Shown here in pieces: positions 20,248 through 28,924 of a stretch of 64,000 bases of DNA. The DNA is taken from NCBI GenBank assembly GCA_038727135.1, contig JAVYWL010000001.1:704001-768000 (forward strand), given 5' to 3'. Each line of letters begins with the position of its first letter. Position 1 is the stretch's first letter. The notes beneath the pieces are model-generated. The model was given only the letters and a program-made list of their open reading frames with translations. It did not search any database and was not told the DNA's origin. Source of the DNA: Candidatus Bathyarchaeia archaeon (GTDB lineage: Archaea > Thermoproteota > Bathyarchaeia > Bathyarchaeales > Bathycorpusculaceae). A program made the position numbers and the translations under genes.

Positions 20248-20322
20248 TTTTCCACCTCCCTACGCCGGGGTTTGTATGGCGGAACGGGTGGGAGGTCCCA
20301 CTCACCCGCCAACAAAACAGCA
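20248..20322 (-). promoter_or_regulatory. Structured 5' leader of queT, riboswitch candidate
   Basis: TATA-like TTTTTATA at 20346-20339; GC-rich leader with anti-SD ACCUCC and alternative helices (see findings). Confidence 0.55.
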
Positions 20323-20357
20323 ATAACCACAAGGCAACTATAAAAACATTCTTTTGT

Positions 20358-20804
20358 TCAGTCCTCTCTTTTCGCTTCTCCAGCAGCTTCGCCCTCAACC
20401 TTCATAGCCGCTTCAGGCTCAATAGAGACGCCCTCAGCTGGTACTTCTTCCCTTCTGAAAAGGAGAAGGTCTATTGGCGGCGGAGGCGTGTTCAAAATCG
20501 TCGAGAGCAAGTACATAGCCGTAAAGGTATGCTGATAAACTTTCTGGAAAACATAGGGCACCTTTGTTTCGGGGTCAACCTCCAACATCTTATTTATCTC
20601 CGCATCTTTTCCCGTAAGTGTTGCGGTGCCCTCCACCTCAAATTTGACAATGCCCGGCTTCGTTGTCAGTTGGAGGTTAAAACCGACAACCACTGTTTGG
20701 CTTCTTCTTTCCTTCTCTTCAAGCCTAGCCTTAACATCAAAATTGACGGTTCCAGCCCCGCCCTTAACGTCCAGCTTAACCCCTACAATACTTGTAACAT
20801 CCAC
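20358..20804 (-). CDS. Hypothetical protein, possibly SecB-like fold
   Basis: Four beta strands (..VKFEVEG..), a long helix, then PPP, as in SecB-like archaeal proteins; acidic tail. Confidence 0.55.
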   Translation of the reverse strand: MDVTSIVGVKLDVKGGAGTVNFDVKARLEEKERRSQTVVVGFNLQLTTKPGIVKFEVEGTATLTGKDAEINKMLEVDPETKVPYVFQKVYQHTFTAMYLLSTILNTPPPPIDLLLFRREEVPAEGVSIEPEAAMKVEGEAAGEAKRED

Positions 20805-20937
20805 CTTAACCGAAACGTTTGGAACATGAAGTGTGGGGCAAATAGCTGATTCCTCACATCAAGCCTATACGCCGAATTCGGCTTTTCCTTAACAACCTCC
20901 GCGATTTAAGGCTCGGCTCTAACCAATTTTTGCCTTT

Positions 20938-20962
20938 TGTGTGTAGCATTCTATTACACACA
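20938..20962. repeat. Inverted repeat TGTGTGTA-N9-TACACACA (possible operator or terminator)
   Basis: Perfect 8-bp arms just after the aglH stop codon. Confidence 0.4.
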
Positions 20963-20966
20963 GTCT

Positions 20967-21833
20967 CTAAAACAGGAAGAGCTGAGCAGCAACAGCGACA
21001 GAAGTTGAAAAAGCAACAAAAAAGGCTATGGTGACAACTACCTGCCGCTCAGTCATAGGCCGCCTATAAGTAATAAGTGTTATTAGGCTTCTCCTATGAT
21101 CTGAGTAAAGTCTCTTCCCGTCAAAAGAGACATTCGCCTTGGTCCGGAAGAAGAAGTAGTTCAACAAAATCATGGAAGAATTAATTATGTATGGTATAAG
21201 CGAGATCAACAAACACCACTTTACATCGGAAATTATGGCAAAAGCTGCCAAAGTAACCCCAATGGCAAAAGAGCCAGTATTTCCAACAAAAATTTTCCCC
21301 TGAAAATTGAAAAAGGCAAGCACAAGCCAAACAGCCAAAGGAAGTGTTAACAAAACTGCATTTCTTCCAGAAGCAACCATGAGCCCAACTAAAACAATGG
21401 TGGGGCAAACAGTTTCTAAGCCGTTCAATCCGCCCAGCTGATTAACAGTGTTGGTGACTATCATCACAATCAGCGGAATCAAAACAAAGAAATAGTATAC
21501 GCCAAAATCGATTGTCCCTAACAATGGAAGCGTTATAGATGTTCGAGCGACACCCATCCTATAAGCCAAAGTCATCAAAGGAACAGCCACCACCAACGGA
21601 AGGAAAGCCTTGTAACGCCAACGCAAATCCATCCAGTCGTCCAGCAAGCCCATAAAACCTCCAAACAATATGCAAACAGCCAAAGTTAAAGCTGGAGAAA
21701 CATCGCCCACGTCAAACCCGAAGGCATGGAGAAAGAAGAGATAAGCTGCACTTACAACAACGTATACAACGCCTAAACCCGTTGGAACTAAGGGCTTGCC
21801 GGGCTTATGCTGGTCCGGAACCTTTGGAAACAA
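20967..21833 (-). CDS. aglH: UDP-GlcNAc:dolichyl-phosphate GlcNAc-1-P transferase (GT4/MraY family)
   Basis: DQHKPGKPLVP, GLLDD, NTVNQLGGLNGLE, FVGNTG; directly downstream of aglB. Confidence 0.8.
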   Translation of the reverse strand: MFPKVPDQHKPGKPLVPTGLGVVYVVVSAAYLFFLHAFGFDVGDVSPALTLAVCILFGGFMGLLDDWMDLRWRYKAFLPLVVAVPLMTLAYRMGVARTSITLPLLGTIDFGVYYFFVLIPLIVMIVTNTVNQLGGLNGLETVCPTIVLVGLMVASGRNAVLLTLPLAVWLVLAFFNFQGKIFVGNTGSFAIGVTLAAFAIISDVKWCLLISLIPYIINSSMILLNYFFFRTKANVSFDGKRLYSDHRRSLITLITYRRPMTERQVVVTIAFFVAFSTSVAVAAQLFLF

Positions 21834-21844
21834 ACTTTTCTCCC

Positions 21845-24139
21845 TTACCCGCTCGGATGTTCACTGTAATATTTTTCCCAGTTAATTTTGTAGAGACAAA
21901 CAAGCGGAACAACGCCGCCATATTTGCTTCCATCATTATCCAGTCCAGCAATGTATTCTGGCGTAAAGTAGAGCAACTCAATTGTTGAACCTCCTTTGCC
22001 ATGCTTTTGCTTCCAGCTTTCGACAGCGTACCGCATTAACTTGTAAATCGTCGTGTTCTGTCCTTTGGTGTTCGGTTCGAGTTCACCGCTGTCCACTTGG
22101 CCATTTTTATTAGTATCTATCCAGTTTGTTCCAAGGGTGTAGTTTCCAAACAAGCGTCTCACATCGTCAAGTTTCTCGTTCCACATTTCATCTGCTGTAA
22201 TGAAACCATTTCTTATGAAGCGTTCACGTGCCTTCCCCGATATGGCCGCCATCCAAACCCATTTACCCTCATCACCGCCAGCGTTTACCCATTCACCCGT
22301 GTCGGCGCGAATGGTTGTGAAAACAAGAACATATGATGCGTTGTACAGTTTTAGCATTCTCATCGCTTGTGTTTCATTTGCCATGAAGATAAATCCAATG
22401 TTTTCTATCTGGGTTGAATTTATTGTCGCGTTGTCCGCAAGCGAGGTAACGTTACCTAATACTGTCATCCAATATCCATAATCCCACCAGCTACACACAA
22501 CGATGTCTGGTCTTAATGTGGTCCGCATATAATGCAACATGTTGATCCACTCCTCTACTGGCGTGCTTAAGTACTGGGGTGACACTGAAAGGCTTCCCCC
22601 GGATATTGTGGTCGGTGTATAAGCCTGCATGTAAACCCTAGGCATTGGGAAGGCCAAGTTCACCATTAATACTATGAATATTAGGAACACTGCTATGCCG
22701 CTGAACTCCCTTCCAACACGCTCCAGTCCAAACTTTCTCTTAACACTTATTCTCGGCGGCTCTTTCAACAACGTCATAAAGGGTCTCAGAAGTCCGCTAA
22801 TTCCAACTGCGGCTAGGAGGCTGAAGGCTGGAGCCATAAGCACAAAAAGCCGCACCATTGAGCATGCAAAATAGAGAGATGTTAAACCGAAAACGAGGAG
22901 GAATAAGTTTCTACTGTTCAAGTTTCCTAAAATAAAGAATAACCCAATTATGAAGAAAATTATCATGATGCCAAATTCGTAGTATATGGAGCCCCATGCA
23001 GATATCCTATGTTCAGCCACAGACTCAACAAGTGGGGAAGCTTCACGAGTGAACGGATTTAGAACAGAAATAAACTTTCCGGCTATGCCTTGCATGTAGC
23101 CAGTATACCAGAGTGCTATGACGCCGCCGAGAATGAGGGCTAGGAAAACTATGACGGATATAACTTTCCATTTAGCTGTTTTCATGTTTGTAATAACTTC
23201 AGCCAGGCAGAGCAGTCCAAAAACGGCGGCGACCGGCAAGATAGCGCTTGTAAGCAGGTAGTTTGGTGAAAGCTTTGGGACATTTATGGCGATGAATAAA
23301 CCAAACCCGAAGGTTATACTGTAGGCAAGAAAAAGTTTCCGCGTATACCTCCTCATAATCAGCAAAACTAGCGTGAATAGGGTTATGACCCCTATCGGGT
23401 AATAGGCTGCACCCCATCCGGCGCAGAAGTAGCCTAAAACTGCTCCGGAGGCGAGGGCGTATTTTACAGTTGAGCTGATATGCCTATCTTCCTCAATGGC
23501 CCTTAGGAACAGAAAGGCGAAAAGTATGAGGGAGAGTATGCCAATGGTTTCATCGTCAAAGAAGCCTACTGATGTCCGTTGGATGTAGGATGGTTCTAAA
23601 GCAAGGAAAAGCGCAGCCAGTAAGCCTACTGGTTTGCCGCCGAAATCTTTTCCAAGGAAGTACATGGCAAGGCATGCCAATGTCCCCATGATGGCTGGGA
23701 ATAGAGCGCAGAAGCTCATTAGGTCTATGCCTACTCCAAGCATTGAAACTATTTTATAGAGAAAGGCTGCTGTCATTGGGAGCCCTGGGAAAGCGGCTTT
23801 GGCAACGTTTATTCCATCAGGGTACCATCTTTGGCGGTCAATCCACCCTTTTCCATTATTTTCTATGGCCCATGAAATGAAGCCGTCTTTAACTATTTTT
23901 TCTGTGAAACGGTATTGGAAGTATGGGTCAAACTCTGATAAGAGAAGGTTTGTTTTGCCTGTTGTTGGGTCTATTTCCCATCGCATTGGAAACAGCCGTA
24001 TCACGAAGGCTATAAAAAGTATAAGCGTTAAAGCCGCGATGGTCATTATTGACGTGTGGCTTAATTTTGGGCGGAGTTTTCCGAGGCTTTTGATGGCGTT
24101 GATTATTCGCTCTTTTTTGGAGAGGCTTCTTGTTTCCAT
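21845..24139 (-). CDS. aglB: Oligosaccharyltransferase catalytic subunit (STT3)
   Basis: EFDPY, DDE, SVAEH, WWDYG, DNATIN and DEGK..WM (DK motif). Confidence 0.95.
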   Translation of the reverse strand: METRSLSKKERIINAIKSLGKLRPKLSHTSIMTIAALTLILFIAFVIRLFPMRWEIDPTTGKTNLLLSEFDPYFQYRFTEKIVKDGFISWAIENNGKGWIDRQRWYPDGINVAKAAFPGLPMTAAFLYKIVSMLGVGIDLMSFCALFPAIMGTLACLAMYFLGKDFGGKPVGLLAALFLALEPSYIQRTSVGFFDDETIGILSLILFAFLFLRAIEEDRHISSTVKYALASGAVLGYFCAGWGAAYYPIGVITLFTLVLLIMRRYTRKLFLAYSITFGFGLFIAINVPKLSPNYLLTSAILPVAAVFGLLCLAEVITNMKTAKWKVISVIVFLALILGGVIALWYTGYMQGIAGKFISVLNPFTREASPLVESVAEHRISAWGSIYYEFGIMIIFFIIGLFFILGNLNSRNLFLLVFGLTSLYFACSMVRLFVLMAPAFSLLAAVGISGLLRPFMTLLKEPPRISVKRKFGLERVGREFSGIAVFLIFIVLMVNLAFPMPRVYMQAYTPTTISGGSLSVSPQYLSTPVEEWINMLHYMRTTLRPDIVVCSWWDYGYWMTVLGNVTSLADNATINSTQIENIGFIFMANETQAMRMLKLYNASYVLVFTTIRADTGEWVNAGGDEGKWVWMAAISGKARERFIRNGFITADEMWNEKLDDVRRLFGNYTLGTNWIDTNKNGQVDSGELEPNTKGQNTTIYKLMRYAVESWKQKHGKGGSTIELLYFTPEYIAGLDNDGSKYGGVVPLVCLYKINWEKYYSEHPSG

Positions 24140-24206
24140 TTGTGGCTCCAGCTCTTCAATAAGGGTTATGAAGGTGTTTATTTTCCTTACGGTTGGTTAA
24201 ATAGTT

Positions 24207-25340
24207 TTATGCGGATGTCTTCCTTTTATATCCATATTTCTCAGCATCGAAGAATGGGAACGGCACAATTTTTGCTTTAGCCATTTTTCCGCGAATTTCA
24301 ATGTTTACAACGTTTCCTTCTTGGGCATATTGTGTTTGGATGTAGGCCATTGCTATGCCACATTTTAGCAGTGGCGAGAAGGTTCCGCTGGTCACTTGTC
24401 CTATGTTCTCGCTTTTTTCGTTGTATACTTTGAAGCCTTGTCTTGGTATGCCTTGCTCAATCATTTGCAGTCCAACCCGCCTTCTTTTGACTCCTTCCTC
24501 CTTTTGCTTTAGTAGGGCGTTTTTTCCTATGAAGCTGTCTTTTTGAAATTTTACTACGAAGCCTAGTCTTGCCTCTAATGGTGTTGTGTTTTCGTCTATG
24601 TCGTTTCCATATAGGCAAAGTCCAACCTCAAGCCTTAATGTGTCTCTGGCGCCTAAGCCGCAAGGTTCTATTCCATAAGGTTTACCAGCCTCAAGGATGG
24701 CGTTCCACACTTTTATGGCGTTGTCTGGCTTATCTAGAGGCGCGTTCCACACGTAAACTTCAAAACCGTCCTCCCCTGTATACCCAGTCCTAGATAGGAA
24801 TACGTCTACTTCTGCCAATTTGGCTGGTGCACATTTGAATCTTTCAATTTTGCTTAAGTCTGCCGTGCAAATTTTCTGTAAAGTTTTTTCAGCGTTTGGT
24901 CCTTGAACGGCGAACATCGCCGCCTTGTCTGAAACGTCCTCAATTTTGACGTTGAAGCCTTCAGCCTTTTTAACCAGCCAGTTGAAGTCTTTTTCTCTAT
25001 TTGTGGCGTTTGGGACCAGCAGAAACTTTTCCTCTTCGAGGCGGCTTACAACGAAGTCGTCGATTATTCCTCCGTTCTCGTTGCACATAACCGAGTATAG
25101 GGCGCTGTTGGGCGTTAATGCTGTCACGTCATTGGTTATAACATAATTTAGGAAGCTTGCGGCATCCTTTCCCGTGATGATTACTCTCCCCATGTGGGAG
25201 ACGTCGAAAATGCCTACACTGTTTCGAACCGCTAAATGCTCTTCTGTTATCCCCTTATACCATAGGGGCATCTCGAATCCGGCGAACTCCGTCATTTTCG
25301 CCGTCTTCTTGTGTATTTCGTAAAGCTGGGTTTTCCGCAC
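24207..25340 (-). CDS. gcvT: Glycine cleavage system aminomethyltransferase T
   Basis: FDVSHMG, RTGYTGEDGFE, GLGARDTLRLE, VTSGTFSP. Confidence 0.95.
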   Translation of the reverse strand: MRKTQLYEIHKKTAKMTEFAGFEMPLWYKGITEEHLAVRNSVGIFDVSHMGRVIITGKDAASFLNYVITNDVTALTPNSALYSVMCNENGGIIDDFVVSRLEEEKFLLVPNATNREKDFNWLVKKAEGFNVKIEDVSDKAAMFAVQGPNAEKTLQKICTADLSKIERFKCAPAKLAEVDVFLSRTGYTGEDGFEVYVWNAPLDKPDNAIKVWNAILEAGKPYGIEPCGLGARDTLRLEVGLCLYGNDIDENTTPLEARLGFVVKFQKDSFIGKNALLKQKEEGVKRRRVGLQMIEQGIPRQGFKVYNEKSENIGQVTSGTFSPLLKCGIAMAYIQTQYAQEGNVVNIEIRGKMAKAKIVPFPFFDAEKYGYKRKTSA

Positions 25341-25365
25341 TTATGTACCTCCTAAAACGAGCACG

Positions 25366-25530
25366 CTATTTTATGGGTTTTACTTCAACGTTTAATGGTA
25401 TGAGGGCCAGTTTTCTGCCGCATTGGGGGCATTTACCGTTGTGTTTGTGTAAAATTTCGTCTGGGGGTTTAAGTTCGCTTCCTTCATATAAGACGTAGCC
25501 ACACTGGTGGCATACAACCCTTTGAGGCAA
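25366..25530 (-). CDS. 54-aa Zn-ribbon microprotein (not in ORF track)
   Basis: MPQRVVCHQCGYVLYEGSELKPPDEILHKHNGKCPQCGRKLALIPLNVEVKPIK*; TTG start after GAGGAGATGAGG. Confidence 0.75.
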   Translation of the reverse strand: MPQRVVCHQCGYVLYEGSELKPPDEILHKHNGKCPQCGRKLALIPLNVEVKPIK

Positions 25531-25690
25531 GTCCTCATCTCCTCAACAAAATGGGTGTAATGCCTACGCCATATTTATCGGTTGCTGAAACTTAACACGG
25601 CGGACTAGCACCGGATGATAGAAACTTTTAATTTTGACTGAAGGTTTATTTCTGAAACATTCAACATCCTAAGGCATGGTCTGTGCCGGC

Positions 25691-27787
25691 ATGGGGAAAT
25701 ACACGTTCATTATTACGGAGAAGCCGGATGCTGCTCAAAGGATAGCTTCAGCTCTTGACTTGAAGGGTAAAGCCAAAAAAATGGAAGAAAACGGCGTCCC
25801 CTACTACATAGCGGAAAGAGATAGGCAGATAATCGTTGTTCCGGCTATCGGACACTTGTACACGGTTGCCGAGGAGAAAAGTGGGAGAAATTATTATCCA
25901 GTTTTCAGTTTTCGTTGGGTTCCCCGTTATGTGGCGGAGAGGGGCGCAAAGCAAATTCGTGTCTGGCTTGAAACAATCTCAAAGCTTGCCAGAGATGCCG
26001 ACACATACATTGATGCGTGCGACTACGACATTGAGGGAAGCATAATCGGCTACTGCATTCTAAAGTATGCGTGCGGCAACAAGGAAGGCGTCGCCAAAAG
26101 AATGAAGTATTCCACGTTAACCAAGGAGGAGCTGGAAAAATCCTATGCGGAACTGCTGCCAAAACTTGACTTCGCCCTCATAGAGGCCGGAAAAACAAGA
26201 CATGAAATTGACTGGCTTTACGGCGTCAACCTCTCCAGGGCATTAACAATAGCCGCGAAGGACTGGAGTGGAAAATATGCCACATTAAGCACTGGCAGAG
26301 TGCAAGGTCCAACCCTGAGATTCCTTGTTGCCAGAGAAAAGGCGATAAGGTGTTTTGTGCCAACGCCTTACTGGCAGATTAGGGCTGAAATCGAAATCGA
26401 CGGGCAAGTTTTCGAGGCTGAATATGAGAAGGACGTAATTGAAACTAAAAAAGAGGCCAACGCGGTAGTGGACGCTTGTAAGGGAAAAGACGGTGTGGTT
26501 GAAAACATTGAAGTTAAACAGTTCCAGCAGATGCCGCCAACACCCTTCGACATTGGCGCATTGCAAAGCGAAGCCTACAGCCTCTTTGGCTATACGCCCC
26601 GACGAACTCTAGACATTGCCCAGCGCCTGTACCTGGATGCCTTAATCTCATATCCCAGAACAAGTAGCCAAAAACTCCCACCAGCAATAAATTATGAGGC
26701 AATATTGAAAAGCCTAAGCGGAGTCTCTGAATACGGAAAGCTCGCAGCGGAACTCCTAGCCAAAAAAGAGCTTAAACCAAACGAGGGGAAAAAGGAAGAT
26801 CCAGCGCACCCAGCCATATACCCAACTGGAAACCTTCCTGAAAGGGTGCTTGAAGAGCCTGAAAGACGAATATGGGACCTTGTTGTTAGACGGTTTATGG
26901 CCGTTTTCGGAGAGCCAGCCATAAGACAAAGCCTAAAAGTTTGCATAAACGTTGACGGACAAAGATTCTTCTTACGGGGTAGACAAACATTAAAGGAAGG
27001 TTGGCTACGCTTCTACGAGCCATACGTAAGATCAGAGGAGGTTCTTCTGCCACCACTAGAAGAAGGACAAAGACTTAGGGTTAGAAGGGTTATCTTAGAA
27101 GACAAGTTCACAAAGCCGCCTCCAAGGTATAATCCGGGCAGTTTGCTCAAGAAGATGGAGGAGGTTGGCATAGGGACTAAGGCAACCCGCGCAGATATCA
27201 TACAAACATTATATGACCGCAAATATGTCCGAGACGAGAGAATGGTTGTAACAGATTTAGGTTTCGAAGTTCTCGAAGTTCTAAAGCGGCACTGTCCCCC
27301 AATTGTTTCAATAGGGCTGACAAGAAAACTTGAAGAGAGAATGGATAAGATTCAATCCAACCAAGAAAAGCGCGAAAACGTCCTGTTAGACGCCATTGAA
27401 ATCCTAAAGCCTGTTGTTGAAGGACTCAAAGCAAAAGAGAAAACCATAGGCGAACAGCTAAGCAACGCAATAAAAAGGGCAAGGCTTGAGGAAAGGATTG
27501 TGGGACAATGTCCCCTCTGCGGCACTGGCATGCTAATGATACTCTATTCGAGAAAGACTGGGAAGCGCTTTATCGGATGCACAAACTTCTTCAAAAAGCA
27601 GTGTAATGCCGCCTTTCCGCTCCCTCAAAGGGGAATAGCCCGCCCTCTTGGGAGAAATTGTCGTGGATGTGGTTGGCCAACTGTTCAGGTTCGTATTAAG
27701 GGTAGGCGCCCTTGGAACTTGTGTTTTAATCTTAAATGCCCGTTAAAAATGGAGCGAAGAAACGTTGAAATGCGCAATATGCAGTAG
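25691..27787 (+). CDS. topA: Type IA DNA topoisomerase (archaeal TopA/Topo III) with C-terminal Zn fingers
   Basis: TEKP, DYDIEG Toprim, STGRVQ, ISYPRT catalytic Tyr, GTKATR, C4 Zn fingers. Confidence 0.95.
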   Translation: MGKYTFIITEKPDAAQRIASALDLKGKAKKMEENGVPYYIAERDRQIIVVPAIGHLYTVAEEKSGRNYYPVFSFRWVPRYVAERGAKQIRVWLETISKLARDADTYIDACDYDIEGSIIGYCILKYACGNKEGVAKRMKYSTLTKEELEKSYAELLPKLDFALIEAGKTRHEIDWLYGVNLSRALTIAAKDWSGKYATLSTGRVQGPTLRFLVAREKAIRCFVPTPYWQIRAEIEIDGQVFEAEYEKDVIETKKEANAVVDACKGKDGVVENIEVKQFQQMPPTPFDIGALQSEAYSLFGYTPRRTLDIAQRLYLDALISYPRTSSQKLPPAINYEAILKSLSGVSEYGKLAAELLAKKELKPNEGKKEDPAHPAIYPTGNLPERVLEEPERRIWDLVVRRFMAVFGEPAIRQSLKVCINVDGQRFFLRGRQTLKEGWLRFYEPYVRSEEVLLPPLEEGQRLRVRRVILEDKFTKPPPRYNPGSLLKKMEEVGIGTKATRADIIQTLYDRKYVRDERMVVTDLGFEVLEVLKRHCPPIVSIGLTRKLEERMDKIQSNQEKRENVLLDAIEILKPVVEGLKAKEKTIGEQLSNAIKRARLEERIVGQCPLCGTGMLMILYSRKTGKRFIGCTNFFKKQCNAAFPLPQRGIARPLGRNCRGCGWPTVQVRIKGRRPWNLCFNLKCPLKMERRNVEMRNMQ

Positions 27788-27992
27788 GGACGCCGTCGAA
27801 AACGGATATTGCGAGCTACACGCCAGAGCCTATCAGAGTATTCTGAAGAAGTACGAGGTTTGGAAGAAAGCCTTGGAGATTTCTTGGAAAGAGTATTTAA
27901 GTGAGATTGTTAAGAATCCTTTTACCGGTGAATGGGCTAAAGAGGTGGCAGAGCACCTAATAAAAATTGGGGATGAAAAGGGTGGCACGTAA
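27765..27992 (+). CDS. Small Zn-binding hypothetical protein
   Basis: CAIC...YCELH ligand set followed by helices; overlaps both neighbouring genes. Confidence 0.65.
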   Translation: MKCAICSRDAVENGYCELHARAYQSILKKYEVWKKALEISWKEYLSEIVKNPFTGEWAKEVAEHLIKIGDEKGGT

Positions 27993-28407
27993 AGTCAAAA
28001 AAACAGCAGTTTCACTTTCCTATTCCTTACAGAAGCTGTATACAAAAATATCAACAGCTAAGCCCTCAACATTAGCCCTCGCCGTAATCGCCATGGCTAT
28101 TGCCATTTTCCTATATGGAGGCGGACTACATTTAATCATTGTGAAACCTCTTCCGGCTGTCTATTATGGTGGACGTTTCCTCTTCGTTTATCCACAGTTG
28201 TCTGAGCAGTGGGTTTCAGACAGCCTCGTCGCCATGATCCTATTTGCCATGGGCGCTGCCGGCACCATGTTCATTTATCAAAGCACCAAATACGCCTACA
28301 AGCCTAGACAAGCATACTTAACGTTGATGATAGGCGCCATCCTCTTTCTTATTGCGTTTATTGGTTTAGAGGCTATACTAAACTGGAAGCTACGTGGAAC
28401 GGTGTAG
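27973..28407 (+). CDS. OST3/OST6-family (DC2/OSTC-like) oligosaccharyltransferase accessory subunit
   Basis: 3 TM; PS...FLYGGG...IIVKP...F....SEQW..D.L....LF.MG..G...IG...WKL.G parallels eukaryotic OSTC/DC2 (recalled alignment). Confidence 0.7.
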   Translation: MKRVARKVKKTAVSLSYSLQKLYTKISTAKPSTLALAVIAMAIAIFLYGGGLHLIIVKPLPAVYYGGRFLFVYPQLSEQWVSDSLVAMILFAMGAAGTMFIYQSTKYAYKPRQAYLTLMIGAILFLIAFIGLEAILNWKLRGTV

Positions 28408-28414
28408 CCTTTCC

Positions 28415-28921
28415 TTACCATGGACTACTTTTCAATCCAAGCTTGTAAGCCACAAAATTTGTTGCCATATGCAGTGGAGGCGTTAAAATAAGCACAGCCA
28501 ACGCAAGCTCAAGATATAAGATGTTGAGCGGAATGGAGAATATCAAGGCTCCAACAACAAAGTCCACCTGGTCCACGATGGGCAAAAGCCCGCCTGGCGG
28601 TATCCCCAGCCTCCTTTTTAAGAAGGCTCCAGCCAAATCGCCAATTAAAGCGCCTAGAGATAATAGGAAGCCAAAATAGCCTATGCTCTGGTATTCTTGG
28701 AAAACTGTGGCTTCTGCGAAGCCAGCTATTGTTCCAATGGCCAGTCCGGAGAAAAAGCCTCTAAAGGTTTTGTTTTTCCCAAAGATTGGTTTTCCATCGA
28801 AGAATTTTCTTCCAAGGTCTAGGGGTAGACCTCCGCCGGTGAGCACGGGTATGGCGTTGGCGCAGTAGGCTGGAAATATGAATTTTATGGCTTCGGCAAT
28901 AAGTTTCACTATTGTGTTCAT
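28415..28921 (-). CDS. carS: CDP-archaeol synthase
   Basis: PAYCANA.P, PLDLG...DGKPIFG.NKT.RG, GDL.G.F.KRR, DQ.DF, H..TN. Confidence 0.93.
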   Translation of the reverse strand: MNTIVKLIAEAIKFIFPAYCANAIPVLTGGGLPLDLGRKFFDGKPIFGKNKTFRGFFSGLAIGTIAGFAEATVFQEYQSIGYFGFLLSLGALIGDLAGAFLKRRLGIPPGGLLPIVDQVDFVVGALIFSIPLNILYLELALAVLILTPPLHMATNFVAYKLGLKSSPW

Positions 28922-28924
28922 CTT

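Noticed and set aside
25600-25660. ATGATAG...CTGA...CTGA as another C/D sRNA
   Set aside because: No terminal stem, AT-rich guide region, and it overlaps the probable topA promoter
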